The notes under the pieces were generated by a model. That model was not told where the DNA came from, searched no databases, and was given only the letters and a program-made list of their open reading frames with translations. Positions 27,501 through 38,017 of a stretch of 64,000 bases of DNA are shown here, piece by piece. The position numbers and the translations under genes are program-made. The stretch is from Botryllus schlosseri. Its lineage: Eukaryota. The number at the start of each line of letters is the position of its first letter. The stretch's first letter is position 1. The stretch lies in assembly GCA_051294905.1 (NCBI GenBank), contig CM119381.1:26040001-26104000 (forward strand). The letters are read 5' to 3'.

Positions 27501-30500
27501 AAACGTCCGGTTACCAAAGCCTAATCAGAAGACGTCATACAGTCTTAATTAAGCGGACTTAGAATATGTTTTCAGGATGTAAAAGTAATATATTACATTT
27601 TTTCAAACCGCTACCACTACTAACAGCCAGCTGCACTTGGGATGATAGAGCATAGGACACTAAGATTCTCACTAGGTGTCGCTAAAGGGAACAAGATAGG
27701 AACTAGGCCATATCGACTAGGATCGTAATTCATAACTTGAAAAAGCCAGAATCGGGTGGCATCTGATGGCAATGCCAAATAGAATAGAGAGGAAGGCTGC
27801 GCATTAGAGATATTTCTATTTTGTAAAAGAAGATATGGCAAAGAATGAAATAACCACACGAGACATCACGAAAAGGAGCATATAGAGGAGATTTATCTGC
27901 TGCGGGAACGTAGACGGAGATGTCAAGAAATGAAAAGTAAACAAACCTCTTTCCGAGCTCTTGGCATCAAATGTTGCATGGTGACTGCCAGAAACGCCAA
28001 CCACCGACATCTCTTTGGTCTGCGCATCCAGTTCCACAGCAAACGTATGATTAGCTGTAAATAAAATGGGACATTTCCAATTGTTTTTAAATGCTACGAA
28101 CTACGGTAAACTAATCGACCAATAGTATCTAAGACAGTTGTTCTTAACCTTTGCCAAACTAGTTAATCTGCAAGCGTTCAGGGAACCCCAAATTTTCGCC
28201 AAGTCGCAAAACCAAAAATCTACCATATTACACATTACCATAGAATGCTGCTGCACAAAATGAACTGTGCATCAAAAACAGTGTTAATATGTAAGAACCA
28301 TTAAAACCATGGTCACGCAAATCAGTGCGTGTTCATCTGTATGAGTCGGTTTTGTGTCTTCACCTCGACAGGGGTTCATTTAAACTGTACTTAAGAGCTC
28401 CTGTTGGCTTACCATATTTTGAGATCTGAAAAAGGGGACATGTTTTACGAGTTACAAAAGATATAATAGCATACGAGAAAACGGGTAAAAATATTATTGT
28501 GTTGACTAAAAGAAAAAAAGGCCATTTTATGACTCGATCCTACCTCTTGCCACTTCATTGTTGCTTCAGGTCAATCCCCAAATTGAATGGACCTCTTGGG
28601 TTGTTACGCGATATTCAATGATTAATTACGGGTTGGTAGAATAAAATTGTTTGACGAAACAAACCTCTTTCAGAGCTCTTGGCATCGAATGTTGCATGAT
28701 GACTGCCCAAAGCACCATCCACAGCCATCGACAATTCTATGGTTTGAGCACTGCATTCTGCCGCGAACGTCTGATTAACTGAAAAAATAGAACTCCTTTA
28801 ACTTTTAATCGTATTTTGACCTCTCGCCACTTCGTTGTTAAATCAAAGTTCAATGAATTTTTCAACTAGTTTCACGATATTCAACGCTTTAATAATCGCC
28901 GATCAGTACAGTGGTTCTCAACCTTTTTGTCTTCGCGGACCTTTTCGGACCGTCACGGACCCCCCACGAAGTATTAGTTCTTGCAAATTATCTTGCAATT
29001 GTCATATGTCAGGTGCAGATGACAACTGTACAGGCTTAGTGATAAACAGCAAAAAAAATGTCCTCTCTTGAAAATAAGATCTTACTATTTCATGTAGAAA
29101 ATGGGTAGACTTCTATTATTTCAAAGCGAATTCTGCAACTGCATTTCCTGAAATACGTGGTCGTGACTTGAAAGTCGGCGCCTTCAATATGATATGAACG
29201 AGTGCCGAAAATCCATTTCCACAAATATAGGTGGTGGAGAATGTAATAATAACGCGCAACGCTTCCGACGACACATTTGGGTATGATCGCAACTAATATG
29301 GCACCAAAATTGACAAAAATTTTTTAATGAACATATAACGTCATGCCTGGTTATTTCTATCTAGCAGATTACCTTGAAGTTATTATGGAAAAAGGGTCGA
29401 GTGTATCACAGGAGAAAATGGATTTTTGTAAACATTTCGAAGTCACCTTGACTGACCTTACTCACCCAACTTTTTTCCACAATCCCCAACAAAACATCTC
29501 TAAACAGCAAAATGTTTGTATAAGTAGGCTACTGGCAATTTAGCAATTAAAATGAGTCTGCACAGTAGGATATTTCATCTCAGACGGCCATTCTATTGAT
29601 GTGCGCTCTGGAGTTTTAGTATTAATGAAGCGAAACTGCCTCGTTCTTTTCCGAATTGAAAAAAATACAAATTAGGTTATCAACTATTTTGAGGCTTCGC
29701 GGTCCCCCTGAAAATGCTTCGAGGACCCCCCCGGTTGAGAACCACTGGATTAGTAGATATAATATAAGATTGTGTAAGTAAACAAACCTCTTTCAGAGTT
29801 CTGGGCATCGAATGTTACTTGACGACTGTCCAAAACGCCATCAACAGCCATTGTCACGTTTTTGGCGGCTGTACTGCGTTCTAGAGCAAACGTCTGATTA
29901 GCTAAAAATATAAGGGCTCGTTAGAAAGAAATAACACTGAACAATAATAATATTAAAAACACACTCTTACTGCGGAAATTATTCGGCAATTGGGTTTGTA
30001 CCAAAAGTTAAAAGCAACTCACTAGTTGACTTCAAATCGAATGTAGCGTTTCGTATATCTGGAGGTAAATCGCTGTTGCCGACTTGAAAGGTGTTGTTTG
30101 CGCAGGCTTCCAGAGCTATAGACCGTAAACTGGTGTTGGGAGTCTGTAGTTTTTCGAAAGTTTCATTCCCTGTAGAAATTCACATTAGCCAATTGTGGCA
30201 CGCAACCAAAATCTTATCAAACTCCTATCTCCAACCCAACATTGAACAATACCTGATACTGTGGGCATTTCATGTTAATCTTAGGGGGTTTAATAATTTA
30301 GGAGCCATACTTGTATTCGCTAGATGGCGTATGGTTGACGAAACCTGCTGGTCTGGTCTAAGGGAATATTCTGGATATAGCTGTGATTGGGTACAGTTTG
30401 TCAATAGTAATTGGCCCAACGGACGTTCCCCCACTGTATCTACCGATCTTGTTGGGACGATATCTTATTCGTGCTACTATTGTGTCTTATTATATTTGGA

Positions 30501-33500
30501 TATAAGGAAATTCGATCAATTGGAACTTCAAGCAATATACTGTTTTCTACCGTACTTCAAGATCGCGTATATTTACATCGGGAAACTAATAGGACTTTGC
30601 GGCGCTGTCAGTTGAAGGGAAGACAGCTTACACAGAATCATATATGCAGTTCAGCGACCGCAACAATACCTGATATCATAATTACTTGTGCATGACACAC
30701 TGAATTTGGAATACATGTGCTTTATATGTTGGGATACCGGAAACCGGGGTAACTTTGGACTTAAGGGTAACTTTGGACACTAAGCAGTAAAAGATTTAAA
30801 TGGTTATTTATGGAAAAGGGTTGCTGCTGGAGGTCCAATTCTTTTTCATGTGGCATCAGTACCACAAGTAGTCTCAATAGAAGGTGGATTCGTTTCACTA
30901 CACGATAAACTTGACCCAACATTGATAAATTAATGGCGGCCCGGGCTCATATTCTTCAAAATTAATGGTCATTAAACTTCTTACAACCAAACATAGATAG
31001 CATGTGATTCACAGATTAAAAACTTGGCAGCAGATACCTCTGAGCAGGCTTAATCCATGGCAAAAATCTCAGTGGGCTCACCCTTAGATCGATACAGGAA
31101 AATGTGATGTCCAAAGTTACCCCGTCAAATTTTATCAGAACGGGGTAACTTTGGACAGTGGAAAATGTGATATTTAGAGCTCTGGAAAGTGGCTGCTTCA
31201 TCTGTGTCAAAGTGTATGGTCAACTATATTCCTTATTACCGGCCAGATGGCTTTTTAAAATGGAATGAGAAGGTTAATAAATTAGGAGTTCGCCAAAATA
31301 TGAAAAAATGGGTAGGCAATGAGCTCAGAGATTGCAATCGGGTGTAAGCTACTTCAAAAATTTATCACATACTCCTAAAGATGCGCCAGCTGAATATGGG
31401 ACATCGTAAATTATGACAAATATGTCCATCAGAGGACATAGGAAAGGGAAAGTGTATCTTTTAAAGAACAGTAATATATTTGAAATCTGAAATAAATCAC
31501 GGTAACATGTTTAATGTTTGCTGTCGATTGCTGACACTGCCAGTGGGATACCCCTTATCACCATATGTTATTTATAAGTCCCAATTGGCGAAGGCATGAG
31601 AAAAATTGAGACAAGAGATGAATAAGAGGGCATTAGCCTTCATAAACTACCTAATTTTTTTTTTTGGGGGGGGGGTGGATTAGGTAAAAATCATGCAATA
31701 GGCCAGAAATATACTATTTTGTTTCAGTTTTAGCCACTGCTCTCATCAACTCTTATCAAATAAGCCTCATTTACGAGGTTTCATAAACAATTGAGTGTAA
31801 AGGCGTACAAAAACTACATTGTCCAAAGTTACCCCACATGCAGGGGTAACTTTGGACACGGATAATTTACAAAAATAAGGTACTTATTTATGACCATGAA
31901 GATTTTGGATTAGGTAATTCTAATCTTTGCTCCATGACCCGAAAAAACACAAAACATGCCTCCCCTACACCCTAGCATTTCCGAGATACAAAGCGGAATT
32001 GTTGAAAATTGTCCAAAGTTACCCCGGTTTACGGTAGCAAATTTGAATATTCTTTATAGCCCGAGTACTGCAAGTACTGGATATCCATCATCACAGACCT
32101 CATCTTTGATACATTTATATCAAGTGTTGTGCATAGGTGGCACATTTTCCAAATGATTGATTAGGATATCTCAAATGTGAAGTACCAATGTGATTGGTTA
32201 GCAGCACTATCAAAGAGTAAGATTGCTATTCAAGTTGAATTATAACATCAAAGATTTTGGGGCACTCGAGTATAATCAAACGGGACAAAAGACATATCTT
32301 AAACCACCTAAAAGTTTTGTATCATTTGATTCAATTTCTTGGTTTGAATAAATTCCATGAAAAGATGACACAGAACGATCTTTCCCAGATCTGCACACCT
32401 CAATTGACTAACAGGCTGCATAGCAGAAATATCATAAAAGGAGGAAATATATTACCGAAATTGATCACTCTATTAGATCCGCTTCCGTTGGATGATACTG
32501 ACACAATCCTCTGTCCGTGGAATGGTGTAGAAGCGGCATAAATACCTTTCAAAAGAAATAACTTTCAATCGAAGTGATAGCAGTGGACAAATATTTAACA
32601 TTGGTAAGTGAACTAAGAATATTTGTGTTATAATTGTCACGCTGATTTCATAAGAAATAACTTCTCACAGAAACCATATAACTGGTAATAGGTAATTTTG
32701 CTAGGCTACAATATGAACTAGGAATAGGATGGATATAACTATCATGCAGAGAAAGATACAGTGCAGACGGTTATGTGAGCCGTTCCACTTAAGAATGGAA
32801 TGGACAATACCTTCAAATCGGTAACTCATCCCCCATCAGAAGGATGAATTAGTAATATGATGCACTGCCCAGTACGTAAATCTTTCGACAGTTTTTATCT
32901 TTAGATATAAATCATGATGATATGCTGTGGCTTACCTCTACTGATTGGAGACTCATTGCAGCTCTTAAAAGGTAGGTTAATTTTCTTTGACTGTGGTGTT
33001 TGGAACTGAGGAGATGATATCTGGAAAGTCATGTTATCCAAGTAAAATAGGATAAATCAATTGATTATAGGCAAATCTGGTAAATTTTCGGTTATTCTGA
33101 TGACTGCTATGATGATTACCAAGCATATGCTTCGTCAATCAGTCAGCATCTGAGCGAAAACCTTGCCTGTGCACAGCACTATGATGACAATATGTTCACT
33201 GTCATTGCGCGTGGTAGGTCTGCGTTTCATTTATAAGTGTTGGAGTCTACTATTATTCAGTTGAGCAAACCTATTTTATGCAGACAGAAAGATTTCCTCT
33301 ATAACCTACAAATTTCTCATTAGTGCGTGTTGTTCCGTGCGTGTAATTGTTTATTTACAAATTGTGCTGCTACTATAGTACCGTATGTCCGAATACTTCG
33401 TAGTTTGTTATTGTTGCCATTGATACGATGCGAATTTCATGGTCTGTGATTTTGATTGTTGCGTCATACTTTGCCTTTTTGGTTTTGCTTTTAAATCTGT

Positions 33501-34693
33501 TTAAATCCCTTTAGTGTGCCGATAACTCTTGAAAAGAGGCACCCGAAAAGTCTTCGAGTTTAATAAATATACTGCTGCAATGGATGTTGTATTGGAAGAT
33601 GTTTAAACTTGGTTTAAATGGTGAATACGTAACAAATATTGATAACCATCAAAATCATTTCAAGGTTTACTACCAAGAACAGAAACTGTTGTACAACAGT
33701 GTTGGGATTACTTGTGACGCGCACATTGCTCAAACGACTTGGCCTCAAAATATTTGATGACTTGAAATTGACTCGAACTTTGAAAATTCGAGATGACTCG
33801 ACACGAATCACTTTGAAAACTGACGTGATTGCGACTTGAAAAATTTGAAAATCCCTTGTTGCAGACTTGAACGACTGTTGCATCATATAACACAATATAT
33901 AACCAATCATATCAACACTGAATTATCTGATATTGATGTTAATGTGAGAGACAATGCATTTAATTAAATTCTAGGTTCCAACTTCAACTCGGGATAGCCA
34001 TGAACAATTGACTTATTTCGGTAACTGAAAACGGGTAGCACAGCAACGGTTGAGAACCATGGCTCTGAGTTTACGATTAATTCAAATAATTTGCATATCT
34101 TAAAACAAATTAAAACCAACTAATAACAGAAATCATACCAAGCCTTCTTCAATCGCCGTCGGTTTCTTGGCTGCAGAGCCTGAGCTACCAGGCTGAGGTG
34201 ATTCATTTTCGTCTGAAAAGACACCCTGCAAATACAAGAGATTCGTGGTCAATAGCATTGTAACATCACAGTAAAGATTCTAGAAAATGAGGTTATGTAG
34301 GCTGATGCGTTTTTAATAAGAGCTGTGAAGAAGTTGGAGCATGACATCACGATGTAATATAGTCCATCTTATTCTTGATAATCGATTACAAGTGAAAATC
34401 AGATGTCACAGTCACAGACGCTAAGAGCTATAAGAAGACTCGTCATTAGAGGCAATATTGTGAAAGATATCTGACTCAAAGAGTCTCTTGGGGCTACATA
34501 TCTTCAATATACCAATGAATAACCGTCGGTGTTCTTTTCAATTCATCGCTAGTGGCTGACGATTATCCCTAACAAGTGTATTATTGAATTATATCTGACT
34601 TACCGCACACGATGGTAATCTCGCATCCCATAACCAATTGACATGCGATTCTTTAGCCTTTTCATACAGAGTTTCGAAATCACCATCTTCCAT
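15547..34693 (-). CDS. MTUS1/2: MTUS1/MTUS2/CCDC69-family microtubule-associated coiled-coil protein, 20 exons, ~887 aa
   Basis: Phase-consistent AG/GT exons: 34693-34604, 34225-34139, 33020-32936, 32545-32456, 30169-30023, 29901-29788, 28778-28665, 28054-27947, 27520-27359, 26201-26098, 23437-23339, 22687-22438, 21394-21293, 20728-20606, 19374-19289, 19225-19144, 18460-18147, 17397-17299, 17236-17118, 15835-15547 (2664 nt); optional 30370-30311. C-terminus EVESMTSVLEMKNDAIHKLQIK...QQNEDLSSRL...EQLRYRL matches the family ELESL..VLE[IM]KN...QQENEDL...EELL[WY][KR] region; VALAVLLDHVV matches the helix preceding the coiled coil. Confidence 0.8.
16755..16881. mobile_element. Partial GACTCGAGTC-rich hAT MITE (one end)
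   Basis: Ends in TTGGTTACAACCCTG; same family as 17478 and 19912. Confidence 0.7.
17478..17988. mobile_element. GACTCGAGTC-rich hAT-type MITE, full length
   Basis: TIR CAGGGTTGTAA / TTACAACCCTG; near-identical interior to 19912-20471; no clear TSD. Confidence 0.85.
19912..20471. mobile_element. GACTCGAGTC-rich hAT-type MITE, full length
   Basis: TIR CAGGGTTGTAA / TTACAACCCTG; TSD ATTATTGC / ATTAGTGC (7/8). Confidence 0.88.
21671..22130. repeat. 42-44-bp minisatellite, ~10 units, with dimeric A/B organisation
   Basis: Unit starts at 21696, 21738, 21781, 21824, 21867, 21909, 21952, 21994, 22037, 22082, ~22121; core CAAATTAGATTAGAATTA[CG]AATGATAGCT. Confidence 0.92.
22865..23047. mobile_element. 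Partial reverse copy of the GACTCGAGTC-rich MITE
   Basis: Ends in TTGGTTACAACCCTG with GACTCGAGTCAAAACTA. Confidence 0.7.
27112..27275 (+). repeat. Dispersed ~160-bp repeat with CTGACGAGTGTCAG core (hammerhead-like family)
   Basis: Aligns over its length with 61931-62090; partial copies at 17993-18060, 21528-21600, ~34550-34580 and 51310-51395 (reverse). Confidence 0.8.
28909..29747. mobile_element. hAT (Charlie-like) MITE, 839 bp, in an MTUS intron
   Basis: TIR CAGTGGTTCTCAACC / GGTTGAGAACCACTG; TSD GATCAGTA / GATTAGTA (7/8). Confidence 0.88.
30737..32034 (+). mobile_element. pogo-like Tc1/mariner element, 1298 bp, internally deleted, with decayed DDE transposase
   Basis: TA TSD; 24-bp TIR CCG[G/T]AAACCGGGGTAACTTTGGAC; about seven GGGTAACTTTGGAC copies in both orientations; frameshifted remnants DIVNYD..., EDIGKGKCIF*R, ITV..., SPYVIYKS (~31400-31595) resemble pogo NYDET..DDPG..KCI.KRG...PYVIYK. 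Confidence 0.8.
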
Positions 34694-35157
34694 TTTGACC
34701 CCTGGAGTGAAAATAACATTTTGCATTAAGTAAGTGACGTAATTACGATGTAAGAGACAGCGTACCAGAAGCTACTGCAGGGCAGGTGTTCGAAAACCTG
34801 CGTTTGCCGCCGCCCGGTCTGTCGCATTGGCTGAAGGTTGTAAACAACAGTATGCCGGTTCACTGCTTTACATATCGTTTTCGCCAACCGAGATATGCCT
34901 CACATTTCATTGCTTGTATATTTTATGCAGCTTTATTTTTAAATTTCAATAAATGTGCACCAATGTATATATATCATTGATGTACCCTGTGCAATTTAGC
35001 AATTTTTAGCATTTTTCCGGTATGAATATTTCAGCGTAACAGATCATAGCAGATGCTGCAATTTTCCTGCGCACTGTTTTCCAACCCTTTTGGTCCGGTA
35101 CACGTCTTCGATCGATGACAAGATATCATTTTCATCGCTAATCATTACATTTTATCC

Positions 35158-36135
35158 CATATTCCTTTCCGTCCAGCGTACATGCCTCTCATTTACGTTG
35201 CCTAGGCCCAGGTTGGTGTCTGATTTCAAAGACAACTCCAAGTCGGTTCGACACCTTCCTTTCTTTCTATTGTATCGCAGTCTTGCGGTGTTCTCAAATA
35301 ATGTGTCGGTCTTACGGTGGCAAATAAGCCCAGAAAGGGTCTGATGAAGGACGTACTCAAACAAGCAAATGAAAAAAGCAAAGAATAGCGTCTAAAGAAA
35401 AGACAGCAGAATGAAAATCAAAATACAGTCCATCCTCAAGATTACCGGACCACGACTGACCTATCGATCTCGCTTCCCATGACATGCCGCCCTATTTCTT
35501 GTCGCTTTCTTTTTCTATACTGTATTCTTTACTTTCATTCAGTGTGCATGCCTCCTTTTTTACTACGCCTAGGCCAAGGTGGGTGTCCGATTCCATTGAC
35601 AAATCCAAGTCGCTTCGACATCTTCCTGTCTATTCATTGTATCGCATTTTTTGTGGTGTATTGAACTGATAAAATTGCTAATAAACCAATGATGAATGAT
35701 GATGAAACCGAACACTTCTACATCGGGCACTAGACCGAGGAGGGGGGACGAGGACGGACCGTAACTTGTCGTTTCATGATCCTCATATCTGTCCATTACA
35801 TTGCATTGGATCTTTTGTATCGCGTTGTACATATACAAGCAATTACTACTAAATAAATACAGTCCATCCTCAAGATTACCGGACCACGACTGACCTATCG
35901 ATCTCGCTTCCCATGACATGCCGCCCTATTTCTTGTCGCATTCTTTTTCTATACTATCTTCTTTACTTTCATCCAGTGTACATGCCTCCTCTTTACATCG
36001 CCTAGGCCAAGGTGGGTGTCAGATTCCATAGACTACTCCTTGTCGCTTCGACATCTTCCTGTCTTTTCATTGTATCGCATTTTTGTGGTGTATTGAACTG
36101 ATAAAATTGCTAATAAACCAATGATGGTGATGATG
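35158..36135 (-). repeat. Three consecutive same-orientation copies of the RTE-tail-like repeat (35158-35302 partial, 35426-35705, 35860-36135)
   Basis: Copies 2 and 3 are near-identical, bounded by CAGTCCATCCTCAAG and a (TGA)n tract. The minus-strand translation RYNEKTGRCRSD...SMESDTHLGLGDVKRRHVHW resembles an RTE LINE ORF C-terminus (weak). Confidence 0.8.
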
Positions 36136-36303
36136 ATACATAGCGCGCCTTGAACGGATGAAAATTTATAATCCGACGATTTTTATTCTGTATTTTCTGC
36201 CAGAATCACAGTGGCGAGTTTTAGCGGTAGATCAGAGATTGACAGGTGATGGATTTGATTCTTCGATTGTCGGGCTGATGTAGTTTGCGGCTCTAAAGTG
36301 TTG

Positions 36304-36555
36304 ATGGAGGAAGTAAATGTTAATTCTTTGATCCCAACCGAATCGACATTTGACGTATTATTGCGGTATTTACTGTTCGTCGGTGGCATATTCCAAATAA
36401 TCTGCATACTCGCGGTGATTTTCGTTCCAGAAGACCACGGTTTTTCTGCTGATCATTCAAGTGAAAATAACCATCAGATACGAAACAATCCTCAAGCGGC
36501 GCATAAAGAAAATCGAAATAAAAAGAGAAAGACTGAAACCAAAAAAAGGCGTTAA
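36304..36555 (+). CDS. MANBAL: MANBAL / UPF0239 small membrane protein, 83 aa, uninterrupted CDS
   Basis: PTESTFDVLLRYLLFVGGIFQIICILAVIF...KKRKTETKKRR matches MANBAL [29 protein letters not shown]...KKETKKKR. First ATG is 36304. Confidence 0.9.
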   Translation: MEEVNVNSLIPTESTFDVLLRYLLFVGGIFQIICILAVIFVPEDHGFSADHSSENNHQIRNNPQAAHKENRNKKRKTETKKRR

Positions 36556-36608
36556 TCTGAATTTGTGATTTAACGCTTTGTCATTTTCATTTAAGACTGA
36601 TCAATAAA

Positions 36609-37145
36609 ATGGACACATATGTCAGAAACGAGGCATGGATATCAAAGGAAGCTGCGGAAAAAAAGGTAAACCCCCCGAAAACACATGTAGACTTGCAACG
36701 CTTGAAAATTGATAAACTCATGCGAAAACCTGACAAACCTGTCTTCATTCCGGAGGCAAAGAAAGCTTGGAAGCCCCGAGATGCCCCCGAATTCGTTCGA
36801 GATGTTATGGGCTCCAGTGCGGGTGCAGGGAGTGGGGAATTTCACGTTTACAGGCACATAAGACGGAGGGAATTTCAGAGGGAAGCTTTTCACAGTGAGA
36901 TGGAAAAGAAAGAGAAATTGGATCAAGAATATGAGCAGCTTGTACAAGCGAATAAAGAAAAGGCGGAGAGAGCGACCGCAAAGAAAAGAGCAAAGCGACA
37001 GAGGAAGAAACAAAAAATGCAGTTCAAGAAGAAGAAACTCGAAGATCAGCAAAAAGATAACGGTAAGGAGGAAGAGCAGCGGGAAAGTGATGAAGATGAG
37101 AAAGAGGAAAAAGAAGAACAGAGTTTTGTTATGGGTGGGAAATAA
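36609..37145 (+). CDS. PRKRIP1: PRKR-interacting protein 1 (spliceosomal), 178 aa, uninterrupted CDS
   Basis: Signature APEFVRDVMGSSAGAGSGEFHVYRHIRRRE; Lys-rich coiled coil; C-terminal SFVMGG. Confidence 0.96.
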   Translation: MDTYVRNEAWISKEAAEKKVNPPKTHVDLQRLKIDKLMRKPDKPVFIPEAKKAWKPRDAPEFVRDVMGSSAGAGSGEFHVYRHIRRREFQREAFHSEMEKKEKLDQEYEQLVQANKEKAERATAKKRAKRQRKKQKMQFKKKKLEDQQKDNGKEEEQRESDEDEKEEKEEQSFVMGGK

Positions 37146-38017
37146 GCGTCTGTCTAACAAGACTTAATATCTTTCACATAGCGGTGAGAAAGCCTTCGAA
37201 ACGGGGCAGCAACGGGCTCGTGCAGGCATTAAAACCTTCAGCTCGATCTCGTATCTTGTAAATCAGACCCTGCATACTTGATCTGGTTCATCTAATCATC
37301 TGCTCTATGGCGGCCTAATTGACCGCGCAGCTTTTTATATTGGATATATCGTGTTCAAACTATTAGATCACTCTTAAAATGATGTCTTCCAACTTTGAGC
37401 GATTCCTAGAATGGCCGGTTCCATTCTGACTCAAAAAAGTATGCATATCGGTATTATCATTGTGGAGTCGTTGGTGCGGTGAGATTGTTCAATCTTCATA
37501 ACAATGCCGATGTCTGGGTGTTTCAGTGCCCTGACTGTATAGTAAATTCTTGAAATTGAGAATCGGACTATACTGCCTGAGCTGTAAAAATTCAGGATTG
37601 TACTTTTTCCAGTTTTATCCCTACAAATATTGGTCCGTATCAATTTTGCAATAGATGTATTGCGATTTTTGGGGTGGACGTCCACAGATCCAAAAAGTTG
37701 CAATGTGGATCATATTAGGATACAGTTCTGGGTGAATTATTGTAGGCAATGGTATGCCTTTTGAGAGGAATAGTAAATGATTGTGCCGACGAGCGACGAA
37801 TCCAAGAGTTGATGTTGTTTCATTTGGACATGAACAGTGATGAATCAAAAGTCATGAGCCTAATATTATTTACAATTTCAATTGTCAGTTTTATTGATCA
37901 TTATTCCAAGTCTCTGATGGTATTAATATTGTGTTACTTGTACAATCCGAGTGCGGGTTGGTTACATTTTAACATTGCTTTTTTAATTGGCCAGGCGATA
38001 GGTTATCACTTTCCGCC

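Noticed and set aside
30091-30615. 174-aa plus-strand ORF
   Set aside because: Overlaps MTUS exon(s) on the opposite strand; no family features.
31540-31575. GDKGYP on the minus strand, resembling a Harbinger DDE motif
   Set aside because: The plus strand here encodes the pogo SPYVIYKS remnant; TA TSD and TIR fit pogo.
36642-37160. 172-aa minus-strand Phe/Leu-rich ORF
   Set aside because: Antisense shadow of the A/G-rich PRKRIP1 CDS.
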